Below are positions 39,901-55,242 of a stretch of DNA of 64,000 bases, in pieces. The stretch lies in assembly GCF_006345805.1 (NCBI RefSeq), contig NC_042997.1, positions 100,068,001 through 100,132,000 on the forward strand. The letters run 5' to 3'. The notes below the pieces were generated by a model. It searched no databases. It saw only the letters and a program-made list of their open reading frames with translations, and was not told the DNA's origin. Both the position numbers and the translations under genes were made by a program. Each line of letters starts with the position of its first letter. Positions within the stretch are counted from its first letter, which is position 1. This stretch comes from Octopus sinensis. Lineage: Eukaryota.

Positions 39901-42172
39901 AATATCTCCAACACCTTGAATATCTCCTTAATGAACACCTGTAGAGCTTCCACAGAGCCAAATCCACCAGCAATCTACATTTTTATGTTACTCATCAGTG
40001 AGTTCTCGCCATAGAGATAACTGGTGAAAGCATTGAGTTGTTGCTCTAGACATCAACAAGGCTTTCGACCATGTCTGTGACCATGCGAATTTTCTATCAA
40101 AACTTCACATATCTCTCTTCATCTCTTGAATTGGTAGCTTCCCAGCAGACTGCACTATTGCAACATATGCTAAAGAAGCTCCTGTTTCTGATTGTTAACA
40201 GATTCTGGGGTGCTCCAGGGTTCAGTTTTGTCTCCTTTTCTTTTCTTTCTGTACGACGACCTACTTACTGCAACACCTAACAACAGTTACTCTCATACAA
40301 ATGATATAAGCACATCTTTCCTCCTTAATCTTCCCCAACCGTGCATCATCCACTTGCAGCTGACAGCATTCTTGCACTGATTTGATACAAGGAGACTTCA
40401 AGCATCCTATAATGGAAGCTATACCAATCTTATCTCTTTTAGTAGCAAAAGACTCATATCAAGAAAACATTATCACACCCCAATGCATCCCATCAAAACA
40501 TGAGCAGCTCTCAATTACAGACCTCATGATCACTCCAAATGCCAAGGATCTCTCCTGGTGAGAGCACATTATTAACATAATTAGGACTGCATCCCAAAGA
40601 CTGGCTCACTCTTCAGGGACAGAAAATACTTCCACTCGAATGAGGTTTGCAATGGAGCATTGCTGCTCAACATCTGGGACAACACTGCTACTACATACAG
40701 ACATCTTGGACTATATCCAGAGAAGGGCCACTTAACTGACCGGTATTAAATGACTCAAAAGACATGCTCCAGCCATTGGCCCACAAGCATCACATCTCCT
40801 CTGTCTTTCCTATCACTATTATAATGTCCTCTGCTACTCAGAACTGACATTCTTGTATTTGTTCCACTCAAACATTCTCATCCTACTCATCTCTCCCCCT
40901 CCTATCACCCTTACATCCAATTTCCCAAGCTCCATACTGGGCACTATCCAAATCCTTCATCCCCAGAACATCAGGCCTCTGGAATCTTCGCATATCTTTG
41001 TTTCCAATCATAGTAATATTTTCCCATAGCCAGGTATGTTTTTAATGGCAGAATGGAAACAAACAACACTGCTTGTATGATGGTGATGCTCATTTACAAC
41101 CATCACATGATGCCATTGCAAAGGTACACACACACAATGGGCTTCTTTCTGTTTCCATCTACTAAATCCATTCACAAGGACTTGGTCAGCCCAGGGTTAT
41201 AGCAGAAAAAACTTGCCCACGGTTCCATGCAGTAGGAGTGAGCCTAAGACCACATGGTTAGGATGCAAGGTTCTTAAGCACATAGTCATGCCTGCACCTA
41301 TTTATATGTCAACAATATTCCATTTTCTTTTTTGGGGTGGGGTGCATAAATTGAGATAAATTCAGTAAAATTTAACAAATAATAAATCAAAATAAAACAA
41401 AGAACATTAGCTTCTCCTCACCAGATCTAATCTGTGTTGAGAATAGTAAGAGTGCTTTGATTTCTCATCAGTGGATATGCATGTACTGTATAGACGTTTG
41501 TCCAAGCAGAGTTTGTTAGGAGGCTTATACTGACCACTAAAAAAGAAAAAGAAAAAACTGTTTTACAGAAATAACCATAAAAGGTACAAAGTATTTTAAT
41601 TAGATTAATAATTATCGTCACAAGAAACAAAGAAGCTGGGGTTTACAGGTGCAGGTTAAATAGAAAGTTGAGCTGCTTGCATTATTTACAAAAGAATACA
41701 CAAGAAGCAATGTAAAACAAGTGGCTAACCCTTTAGATTATGAACCTGCCTGAAATAGTCGGTATGTTTACAGGGACATAAATACACCAACACCAGTTGT
41801 CAACCAGTGTAGAAGGATGAACACAGACAAACACACACACATATTATCATCATTGTTTAACATCTATTTTCCATGCTAGAATGAGTTGGACAATTTGACA
41901 GGCCAGCAGAGGAGCTGTCCAGACTCCAAATTGTCTGTTGTGACATAGTTTCTACAGCTGGGCATCCTCTCTAACACCAACGATTTTTACAGTATGCTGG
42001 GTGCTTACGATGGATGGGTTTCTTTCGGTTTTTATCTACCAAACCCACTCACAAGGCTTTGGTCAGCCCAAGGCTAGAGTAGAAGGCTCCTACCCAAGCT
42101 GCCACACAGTGTGAATGAACCTGGAACTATGCAGCAGGAAAGCAAGCTTTTTAATACACAGCGACACCTGTG

Positions 42173-42236
<64 letters not shown>

Positions 42237-45200
42237 ATAGAACATGCACACATGTATATATAATGTAAATGGTTAAGACTTTATAATATAATTTTAAATT
42301 ATACATTTACAAATATATCTTAAGATGGGAAAGGTAATGGGGTCAAGCATGTATCTGTTGTTTACTGGATGGGTCTATTACAAATTAAGCCACAGCAACT
42401 GTGGGCAACTTAATCCATGAAAGTAATAGTCATAAACATATTATCAGAAGCTAAATATATCTCTCAGATTTTTTTATAGAAATTATAGCCAGCACTGATT
42501 CGGATTCTATGTTTCATATCCAAGACACCTGATGTAAACGAGATCAAAGATGAAACATGGGTAATAGGCGTATGTCATATTTCAGGAGTTTTGCTCCTTC
42601 ATCAGCACCCATCCAATCCATTAATCATCCACAAACAAATTGTTTAAATACCCACTAAATACAGCAGTAATGTTATGATATACCAATTTTATATATTAAA
42701 CACATTCCTGGAAGCTGGTACATCATCATCATTTAATGTCCACTTTCTATGCTGGTGCACCAGGTTCCAGCCTGATTTTGGGTTGGTTTCTACAGCTGGA
42801 AACCCTTCCTAATGCCAACCACTCCAAGAGTATAGCGGATGCATTTTATGTGTCATTGGCACAGGTGTTTTTACATGTCACTGGCAAGGATGCTGTTATG
42901 GGTCACCGACACTGGCCACTACTGCAATTTTACATGGCTTGGTGGGTCTACTCAAGCCCAGCAAATTGCCAAAAGTCACGATCACTTGTCATTACCTCGA
43001 TGAGACCCCACATTTAAAGATCAGGCTTCACCACCTTGACCCATGCCTTCCTGGGACTACATCTTCCACAGGTTCCCACCAGAGACTGGTACTTCTTTAT
43101 GCAATTGTCCAGAACAGTTACCTCTCTTGCACACCACATCTGATACCTCTTAAATCCAATTTGTCTCTCAAGACACACTTTGTCGTACACATATACTGAC
43201 ATTGCACATCCAGTGGAACATATCAGATTTATTTCTTTCAAGCCTTCACATGTTATCTGCAGTCACAGCCCATGTTTCAGTGCCATATAGCATGGCTGTT
43301 CCCACAGAGGCATCATACAATCTGCCTTCCACTCAGAGAGAGGCCCTTCATAGCCAACAAAGGTAGAAGCTCTCTGAACTTTGCCCAGCCTACTTTTATT
43401 CTAGCAGCCATGCTCTTGGAGCATCCACCTCCAATGCTGACTTGGTCACCTAGATAACGAAAGCTAACAACTACTTTTAGGTATTCCCACAGGCACTTGA
43501 TGGAGTCTATTTTCTGTATATTTCTAGAGTTTATTGTACTTGTGCATCTGCCACACACAAAGACTACGTAAATATTAATGACCTGTAGGGAGACCGTATT
43601 TTGTTATATAACCATAATATACTGCAAAGTATATTAAACGTTTTTATAATTATTGTGTTCTACTGTGTTAGCAGTGCTATTACATCACTTGTTAAGGTTA
43701 TCTCAACAGATTTTCTATAGAAATTATATCCAATAAATGATAGTGGATACAAGTATTTGAGGATTTTAGAACTGGATGATATGACGGTAATCTCATCAAA
43801 ACTTTCAAGACTTGCTAGATACTGCGCATCTTTTAAAGAAACATTATCTGTTTGAGGCCCTTGTGATTTGATAGATGACTAAATAATCTGGTGCATTTTC
43901 CATCTACACTGTGACAAAATAAATAACAACAAATACAATAACCATGATCATGTCACTTACTTTTCCAAGTGATTATTCACAACATTGCTTACTAAATCAT
44001 CTTTTGCAGGTAGGTGAAAACCTGCAATATTCAATACATCACATACCATAGGCTCTTTGATACTCACATCTAACGGAGTATTGGAATGCAAACTGAAATA
44101 AGAGAATACCATTATTGTTAACAATTTAGAAATTTTTTACAAACTTCATATCTTTTTCTGTTGGCCTTCCATGCACATTCAAGTCTCATCCACAATTTAT
44201 GGATCATATAACAATTTATGGATCATATATAATTTATGGATCATATAACAAAAAATGGACACCAAAATAGTACACTGTGCACCTATTCAGTCAACAATGA
44301 TTTAATGGAGGGAGTGAGCTAATATACAGTACACACATTTGCTCACTAAAAACAAATCATTTGTGCAGGTTATTCAGCATAAAAAAGAATCAAAAACTAA
44401 ACACTTATACATTGTCTTTGTCAAGAGATTCCTATATATATATAAACAAACAAGCATTTATTTTTATCATAAGCACCAAAATGCCTATTACAAGACAAAA
44501 ATAAGATAATTTATTTTCAAGCACAGATATGCCATCAGAACAGCAGAAACATTGGGTAAATTACCCTAACAGCCAGCCATATATTATACAAACATACACA
44601 AAGTGGACCAAAAGTCACAAAGGGATTTCAATATTTAATAACTCCTTTATTTTCAGTTTTCAATGTACAGTACCAAAGCATCGTAGACAGTACCTTATCA
44701 AAAATAATGTAAGTTTGGTACACCTGTTCTTCTGAGCATTAAATTCAACTGATAATCTAGTGATGTGCACAATTCTTCTATATCAAAATTTTGTTGCATA
44801 CCCAATTGAATATTGTGTGTGCAACACTGATGACTCATTTTCTATGGTAATGTTTAAACAAAATTTAAATGTTTTTACATTTTGCTCAGTTTACCAGGAT
44901 TTACCTATAATTAGAGTCACTTTTTGCAATTATGTTCCAAATATCACATTAATATGTTAAGTAAAAAAGTTACAGTTGTTTAATGAAACTAGTCTAAATT
45001 GATGATTATTTTAGAATTTAACTTAAACTCATGAGGAGTGTATTTTGGTCAGAAATCTAGTAACGAAAGGGTTAAGACAGTATGGTGTAATTTAGGGATT
45101 TGTTTGTTACTTCCAACAGATCAGACATCCATATCAAAGCTTTCCCTGTTGCACAAGCTACTTTAATAGAAATGAGTCAACATAAAAACATTTCAACCTA

Positions 45201-48200
45201 ATTGAAAGAATAAACTTACCTCGGTGAAATGTTGACTTCCAATAGCCATGGCTTCAAATACTCATCTAAGATAATATCAAAGCCAAATAATTCATAGACT
45301 GAATAAGGTGATTTCAAGTTGGCTCTTGTCATACTGCAAACAACAGCTTCACCACTGAGACAAATAAAACAGTTCAAGTACTGATTAAAATTCAAAATTA
45401 AATTGAAACCAAGCAAGTCAATAATGAATTAAATCTATTTATTTATTAATCTAACGATAAAAAGCAAATACATGCTTACATCTTCAAACAAAGATGACAA
45501 TATTTTTAAAAAAGTAGAGAGTAAAGACATAAGAACCATTGTAGATTATGTTCAAACATTATACCTACAGGCAGGGATAGTTGTGTAGCTAACTCTTTTG
45601 ATACCAATCAACCTGAGACAGCTCTTGTTTCTATGATACAAATCATCCTAAATTGAAGCCTTCCAACATAATTTTATGTGGGAACCTTTTGTTAAGTTAT
45701 ATTCTGAAAAAATTAATTTAGGAAATCCCACAGAATGCCTCACTAGCAATATGGTCATGAAAGATTTAAGAATTTCATTCCCTCTGCACAGAATCTTACT
45801 CAAGTATCTTCTACTAACGGCCTCATGTTGACAATTGCCTTCCAAGTGAAATTTGGAAGACAGATCTAAGGAAGTTCATCATATATGTAAATGTGTGTGT
45901 GATCCTCATTTAATGTCCGTTTTCCATGCTGGCATAGGCTAGACAGTTTGACTAGAGCTGCACTGGATTCCAGGTCTGATTTCACTTAATTTCTACAGCT
46001 GGATGCTCTTCCTAACAACAACCACTTTACAGTTGCTTTCAAACATAACTGTCTTTTGGTATTTGCTTTGCCTGACTTGCACAGATGTTCCATTGTCACT
46101 CTCACCAATAGTTATGCAGTGAAACAGTTGATGGTTGACTCAATAGAAGTCTCAACCAATGATGTTATTGTACCAATATAAAATAAAATATGTAACATGT
46201 GTAATGTTTATATCATCATTCATTAGAATTATCTGAGTAAACTGGGTAGATTGTCAGCATTCACATCATTAGGAAGACATTTCACAAGTTAACCCCTTGA
46301 CAGTCATATCTGGCCCAAATATTCTACCTGATTTATGTTCAAATCAGCCAGATCTGGCCTCTCACACCTGTCCAACAATTCCATTGTAAAAAAATAATAC
46401 AAGCACACCATTGAAATCTCAAAGCTATGAGATAATGCATGATTAATCAAAATAATGTGAATAAATAAGTATTACATTTGACAGCATAATCTAAATACTA
46501 AGCTGAAGTCAACGCCAAAGAATCCCTGAATTTGACATAGAAGCAGCAATCACTATACTGAGGCACCAATGAGAAGACCCAGGTTTGAATACCACTGAGT
46601 TTTTACAGTTTAATTCTCTTATGTATGTACTTCTATATTTACACATTTTGCTGTGCTAAACATTTCAATAATCCTAATTTCCATTTTATTAATATGAATG
46701 ATATTTCTATTTCATATACTAAATATTCAAATTTCCATTTCATATTACAATATTACATTTTAACATTTAAAATACTCAAAATATTTAGATATTTAGAATG
46801 AGTCAAGAAATTTTACAATCTTCCATCAAAGAAAATGAAAAATGGAGTTATAGAAGTCAGGTGTACAACACAATACTATAAGTTGATAATTAAATAAAAT
46901 GTTAAATTCAACATACCTTACAATTGTCTTTATTATTATATCTTTGATGGATTCCCAAATAGGTTGGCTATTAATCCCTTGTTTTTTCAAGTAACTCCAC
47001 AAAGCTTTTAAACTCCTATAATGAATATAAGTATTTAATATTTAATGAAAAGATATGGAGAACATATTGAAACTCTAAAACTAGCTTTGAATCCCTTTTG
47101 GTCAAAGATGTACACTTCATGACAGATGGGGCAGCGAGCTCGTGCGTGTGTGTGTGTGTATATGAGTGGGAAAAAAGAAAAAAAAAAAAAAAGAGAGTTC
47201 AAAGCGTGGCAGACAATTTATCAGAACGTGGAATAAACAGCCTGCAATCAGAATCAGAGCCCAGAACCAGTAGTAAGAGGAGTGGTGGATTCTGATCCAA
47301 TAATATTCAAGCTAGGTATCTTAGGTTATGAAAAACAGCAACAATCAACTTTCGATCTGTAGATTTGAACTCATAGCCTACAAAATGATCTTGGCTTTAA
47401 CCACTCACAATCACATCCAAAGTATAATTAGATGTTCAATAATCCCACATCCTATTCTTCATGAGTAAAATACCAGTTGTAAAAAGCAATTCATTTTATT
47501 AATATTTTAAAGTTCAGTTCATACACTTATATTAAGAGAAAACTATAAAAGGATTTTTCAAAAATATAGAAAAATACATTTCATTTACATTTGTAACATT
47601 TTTAAATAATGATCTATGTGATTGCTTGACCAGCCACAAAGAGTAGCTCAAGTCACACCTTATTATCTACAGCAAAATAGGATGTGTCATACATAGTTTG
47701 ACTAAGGAGGCACAATAATGTTGAGAAATGTAAGAGAGAGAACTTAGTTCCAGCACCAAGTGAATAAATATCAAATATTTCAATATCAAAAGCAAGAAAT
47801 TTGGCATTCACATTTGAAGTGTTATATGTACAAAATGTAACACTTTGCCTGTTCAACACAGCTAGTAGATGTCACGCCTTGCAGAATTACTGCCAACAAC
47901 TTTCAATACAGAAAGTTGGAAAGTAATACTTCCATTACCAAAAATCCTATCTGAGTTATTCAATGAAAAGATTTATCAACAAGGATATTAAAAAGATAAT
48001 GTCATTAAAGAAATATAAAATGAAAAAAATTTTTTTTTCTTGAAATACTGTAATTCTTATAATGAACTGTCATTCTCACTATATTTTCATTGATAGACTG
48101 AACCTATTTGATAATGGAAGTGTTAACATGTATTACGTATTTTCATCTTGCCACGCTGACTTTTCACAGGTTGACTTCAGACCAGATACACTTTACCCAA

Positions 48201-51200
48201 AGATCATTTTCTAATTTGCTTACTACTTTGAGAACACAGATTTTTCCAGTATATCTTAGAAATTACAATAAATAACCCATGCTAGCATGGAAAGCGGACG
48301 CTAAACGATGATGATGATGATGATGTAACTGAACACTTCTTTTTCTATACATCACAAAATAAGTAAGCATTATACATACAATATTTTTTTGGTGTTTCAT
48401 AGCTCATAAGAGCCAAGCATAATATATGAGTATGGTATTTAACATCAGTCATAATTACAATGTTCATACTGTTTTAAATAATACATTTTGACAATATACA
48501 GCTGCAACAAATAGTAACAGCAAAAGCAGCTCTTATCTATCACACATGTACTACTAAAACAAATAAAAATAATACAAACCATTTATGGCCTTGGAAATTG
48601 TCTCCCATGTTATTTAAGTATGATGGATTCATCTTATTGATACTATAATTAGTGAGATGTATGCAGCGGTTGTTCAAACTACTGGTAGCAGTAGTGTATC
48701 TAAAAGAAAAAGTGATTATTGAGAAATGATGTATCATGTGAGACATTTCATAATTTCTGTCAAAATATTTTAAGAGTGGGTAACCTAAAGAGCCAGGGCA
48801 ATTATTTTATCTAAACTTTAATTCAGTCATGCTAAGTTTTCTTCCCAAACCACATGGCTTCTGATTCAGTCCTACTTAGACAAGTTTTCTTTTACTCAAG
48901 CCACAGACTTATAAGTGTATTTGGCAGACAGAAGTTAAAAAAAAAAACCATTGCATATACACACACACACATGCATGCATGCCTGCATGCATGTATTCAA
49001 GTATGCCTTTTTGTTTTGATATCATGCAATAGCTGTAAGCATGTTACCATCATACAAGCTGCACTCTTCAATTACAATCTTCTAGGAAACATGTCTAACC
49101 AAGGGAAAATGTCACCTTGCTTAAATGCAGGTAACTTTTGGCATCTGGCTATAGAAAATCAGTTGCAACTAATTGTCTTATTCATGCAAATATAGAAAAA
49201 CAGGAATTGAAAATGTCATTTAGCACCTGAAAACAGTCACAAAATACTTATTAACTTCACCTGTCATTTTGCTAAGCTTACGACCAGATCACTATGTGAA
49301 GTTGAGTACAAACATTATTTGCACACCTACATCACTATAAACAAAATCCCATAGAGACTGATAGCAGTAAAAATATTATCATTAAACAGATAGAATACAG
49401 TCTTCAACAGACCTGACACAAGATCCATTGTATTATGTTGTATATTCAAAGGTGAGCTGGCAGAATCATTAGCAAACTAGACAAAATGCTTAGTGGCATT
49501 TTGTCAAGACTTTAACATTCTACATTCAAATTCTGCCAAAGTCAACTTTGCTTTTCATCCTTTTGGGGTCAATAACACCAGGGTCAATGTTAACTTCCCC
49601 CTCCCTCCTCTAAAATTGCTGGCCTTGTGCCAAAATATAAAACTGTTATATTTTGTACATGCAGAATAATTAAAGGCCTAGGCCTATGATGTGAAAATTG
49701 TCCTCCACATAAAAGAAAGCTTGATTAATTCTAACTAACCCTCATGTTCTTTTTAAAATAAACAATAACACTAATTAGTAAACTTAAAATGATATAACAG
49801 TCAACTCATTTAACAAAAATATCTGAGAAGATATAAAATTTTTAATAAAGTTGAAATTGTGTACTTACTTGCAAGATGCAAATCGAACCAGGCCATCATC
49901 ATACAGGTATATTCGAAGTGGGTCGAAAGAGCTTACCAGAATGTAAAGACGAATATCAAACTTACTACTATTAATAAGGAAAGGCCGAGACAGATACCTA
50001 AACAATAGAAATTGATAGTATATAAACCAGATGAAATATACTCTTTTATTCACCACCACCACCCCTTCTATAAATCATTTATATTTACCTTTGAACTATT
50101 ATGGGTCTTCTTTTAGGTATCTGGCTCCATTTATAAATAACTCTGATGCCTTTGCCTCGAGCAGATGCTGGCTGAAAAGAATTACCAAGTTACAAATTAT
50201 AGAAAAATTAAAGAATAACAGTTCAGAACAAATGCTAAAAAAACAAAACAAAAACCTTATATTATTTATATGGGAAATGATATAAGATTTCAGTAAAAAA
50301 AAAAGGGCAAAGACCCCTGAATGACCATGGGATTGCACCCAGGAAGTTACCCTCCAAGGCACAAGTCCGGGTAAGGTTGTTTGTTGAAGACTAGCAGTCG
50401 CCCATGCACACCAGCCTCCCCTCTCCATGCCACTGATGTTATCCAAGGGAAAGGCAAAGGCTGAAACAGCTTGGCACCAGTGATGTTGCAACTCATTTCT
50501 TCAGCCGAGTGAACTGGAACAATGTGAAATAAAGTGTCTTGCTCAAAAACACAACACACAGTCCAGTCCAGCCATTTCATCTAATTGATGAAATGACAAA
50601 AGATCAAAGGGTGTGACCAGCATGGAAAACAAAGCTTCAATAAAATAGATGATATTGATGGTTTTAAGAAAGTAACAACTATGTGCCTGCTCCATTCTGA
50701 TTTAATTTGGTAATTTAAATTTGTATCGATAAAAATCACATGTATTCACATAATATGTCTAACCCTTTAGCATTCAAATTATTGTCAAATATAATGCTTA
50801 TTTATTCACATTGCTTTGAATTAATCATAAAATTGTCTTGTAGCATCAAAATTTTGATGATGTGATTATTTTTATAATGACAATGGGATAGATGTGAGAG
50901 GCTGTATCTGGCCCATTTGAGCATAAAACAGGGAGCATATTTTGGCCAGACACGGCCAGCTTAAATGTTAAAGGGCTAAACCAATCTCTTCATCTTGCAT
51001 ATCTGTCAAATCAGCATCTGTTTTTTCTTTCAATATTTAATGTCCAGCCTTTTAGTGGCAAGCTGGCAGAAGTATCAGCATACCAGGTATGCTGATGATT
51101 CCGAGTTCAAATTCTGCTGAGGGTAACTTTGCCTTTCATCTTTTGGGGGTTGATAAAATAAGTGCCAGTTGAATACTGGGATCAATGTCATTGACTTACC

Positions 51201-54200
51201 CTCCCGAAAATTGTTGGCATTATGCCAAAATTTGAAACCAATATTTAATGCCCAACCACAATTACTTCCTCTATCATAAGCACATGTACCAACAAAAGAG
51301 ACGCAATATAGTCACTTGACCTGCTGGAAAAGGCAACTCAATATGCAACTGTCTTGTGGATAGAAGGGAAAGTGCATTGGCTACTGTGGTCCTACAGTAG
51401 GAACAAGATGGTCATGTTTGTAATGACTGTTCAGTCATGGATGAACAACCATAGCAATATATGCTGTTAGTTCACAGATGTTTAATCTACAAAGTAATGG
51501 CTTGGCTGCTAAACATTCCCAACTTATACTATGGAGACACTCTTAATCTATATCTACAATGTCCCTATATCATTTCTATAGTGACAGCCAAAATTGCAAG
51601 GGTCCCACTCAGTTAAAACACTTGCAGCTCCACAGATAGTAGCCAAGCATGACCAGTGAAGAGATTTCTGACTCATATTGTATGGACGAAACAGGAAATC
51701 TGCAAACTACAGGCAACCCATCTACAAAAGAATTCTGAATAAAATCTAATACAAAGCAAAGAAGACACTTTAGTCCTGTATACAGCCTCTATACTGCTGG
51801 TGGCATAAATGCACCCAATCAACATGCTGCAGGGATTCTAAAGATGCGAGAGCGGAAGCATTGCAGATGCTGTATGCAAGAGGTGAGATAATAATAAAGG
51901 AAAAAACCTCTTGGCCTGACTCAAGCAAAGAACATTAAGAAATTATTTGGAGTGGACAACAGCCCAAGACCAGTATGTTTTCTCTGAAGCAAGCATACTG
52001 TTCACAGAGAAATAAACAGACACAGTAATCAAAGCAATTAGAATAATTAAGCTACCAAGGTTGATATCCATATGGTAGAAAAGGCTATAAAAAATATGAA
52101 GGCAAAGAAAAGTAGTAAACTCATTAGGAATAGTGGCTAAGCTGCTGAAAGCAGCCATCAAAGTCCAACAATACTGATTACTTGTTTAGTCAATCAGTTA
52201 TCCTTAATGACTGGTAATTAGTTATCCTTAATGACTGATAATTTCTATCTACCTGCTCCCTTCAGATTTAATTTAATTCCTTAAATTGATGACTGGCATG
52301 AACTGCTACAAGGATAAAGGAGCTGATTTGTAACCCTTTCTTAACCAACCCTCCCAAAACCACCCGAGAATATTTTTGGCTTATGTTAACCAACCCACCC
52401 AGAACCACCTGAGATAATCTATTGATATTTAGATGAGGAATTTCAGCAGAAATCTTGTTAGTACATTTATGAAAACACAGGATATCACTGTATAAACAAT
52501 CAAGTTACAATGTCTAACATTATTTGATACGATATCTAAGCTTTGCAAATTTTTGGAAATATCTTTCCATGTCAATTTTTTTACTATGGTCAAAAAATGG
52601 AAATCAATTTCATGTTATCAAGTAGCAAATTTGAATGATTTTTGAAAGATATGGAGAAATCTAGCAAAATATATGGCAAACAAAAAAACATATATTACTG
52701 TAAATCAGATATTTTGGTTTTTGAAAATGAAACAAGCGATTCTCACAACAGTTCTGAAAGCGATGAAGAAAATGAATTTGAACCTGGAGAGAGAATTTGA
52801 AAATTGTTTTACTTTGTGATTTTTAAGAAGAGACTGAACCTAGCCACAGTCTTTCCAAGGAAATGAAATTGTTAGATTTTTTTATCTTTGTTTAACCCTT
52901 TGGCATTCAGATTATACTTATCATTTTTAATACTTATTCATATTGTTTTGAATTAATCATTCAATGATGGGACTGTTTATGATCTGAATGACATTGTTGG
53001 GTATGTGTAAAAAGCCAGATCTAGCCAGTTAGAACATAAGACAGGTAGGACATTTTGGGCCAGATATGGTTGGTTTAAATGCTAAAAGGATAAAGCAAAA
53101 TCGCAGAAATGAATCATTAAGCTGAACATAAACTTCTAAACAAAAAAAGGGAAGAATGCCTTTAAGTACAGGTTTTTAACCATAGCTTATCTGGAGCTAA
53201 ACAGCAACAAAAGCAATGTTATTATTATAAGCAGCCACAAAAATATGAGAATCAAAAGAAAAAGCCTTAAGTATGAAGTTAACAAATGAAATCATGAAAA
53301 TGGGATAAAAGCGTCATAGCTAAGATGCAAAGGAATTTAGTTTTGTAAAAGAGTAAATATATTTCTACTGAACGAACTGCAGAGATAATTCCTTACCTTT
53401 AGAGTTTACTTTCAAATGCATGCATCAGAAAACATGACATTTCCAGTTATTAACAATTGGTTCAAAGAAAGGATATAAGCCACTTACAGGTTTAATTATC
53501 CATTTTACTCGATTTCCACCATCATCCCAGTTTTTCTTGAAAACTTTCAGGTCAGTTGGAAGAATGAATGTTTGTGGAAAAAATCCATATTCTTTTTTCC
53601 CAAAATGTGACTGCAGTTTAGATAAATTTCTCCACAGTTTATCTTTGCGGCCTATTTGAAAGGATCCAGGAAAGTGATTAAGCTGCAAGAGTTGTAAAAT
53701 GAAAGTATACTTAATCTTTTAGGAGAATGAAATAAATATCAAAATAAATATTAACAATCATAATTGTAAAATTTGTACAAATATCTACATACAATAATAG
53801 GCACTTGACAACAATGCTCCTTCACTATAACCCTAACCTAAAACACAATAGCTACACATATATCAATATCTCATATCTCCACATCCTATGCATAAACAAT
53901 ATACAAGAGACTGGATAATTTCTGATAAACCCTTCAAGCAACTGGTACACTAAGACCAAGATTTATCTTTAAAGTCACAAAATATTTAAATCTGATCAGT
54001 AGCTGAATGGTAGAAGTTCACTAACTATAGACAACAGGTGAACTGTTTCTTCCCCCTGCTTTTCTATTCTATCATATCTACATTATCTCAACCCTGAACT
54101 AGCAAACTGTGTACCACCCTAATCCAATTCTATCTGCATCCTCTCGTCATCTTGCTTACCACCTAAATCCCACACTAGTGACTTTAGTCAACCATTCTTT

Positions 54201-55160
54201 GCCAGAGTTGCAACAGTCTGTCCTTTACTTTCTCTCAACAAAGAAATTAACAAAACACACATTTTGGTTGAGTCATATTTACTATTTATTAATTGCATAT
54301 GCTATTAAATTCATTGTTTCATCAGATTTTAATCCAGCAATAACAAAGACTTTTTTTGTGAATTATTGACTTTTATCATATATTTAAATGCACTGAGTGT
54401 TTGAACTTCATTAGCTGTTAGCCCTACTATCTTTAACATTTTATCAAAATTAAACTTTACAAAGAAAATTCCTCTCTAAAATTCATATGCTAATTCTTCA
54501 CACAGCAAATGTAGTGCAATTTTATTATATGTGAATATTAACAGAAGGTAATAGGAAAAAACCTGCTAAACTTGCATAGGTTTTTCTTGTTTCAGATATC
54601 AACAAAGATTACAGTTGATGGAAATATAGCCACAGAAAAAGACCACAAAATGATGAAAGTAAAATATTCACAAGTTTACACAAAATCTTACTTTTTGAAA
54701 ATCCCGGAGAACTCTAAAAGCTTGGCTTTTCATGTGTTTTCCAAAACAACCAATCCAATCATAATGTTCTGACAAGATATAAATATAACATAAAAATAAA
54801 ACATTGAAAATGATTGGAAAAATACAACAGTAAATGTACAACAGTTAAGCTGCTAAGGTACAAACTTCAATGGTTTTGGAGGTAGCACTTGGTCATTCAA
54901 CTAACTGCTTATATCCCTTTTTGTTAAGCAAAATGACTTAATTTGTAAAAACATTTTATATGGTTCTTTTTGCATGCAATTATATTTGTGTGTGTGTGTG
55001 TGTGTATCTTTCTTTTAAACATCAGTATAATACCTGAACATTTTATAAATACAGAGAAATTTATATGCAAAGTAGTTTTTAAAAATGTGTAAAATTTGAA
55101 TGAAATTGGTTGTGTAGCTCTCAAGTTTTAGGGATTCACACAGACACACACATTCTCATC

Positions 55161-55242
<82 letters not shown>

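Noticed and set aside
43833-43908. Possible extra TTLL4 exon after a 52-bp intron (CAG at 43909-43910)
   Set aside because: The required frame hits TAA after 24 codons with no good donor, and exon 41422-41536 already gives the correct phase.
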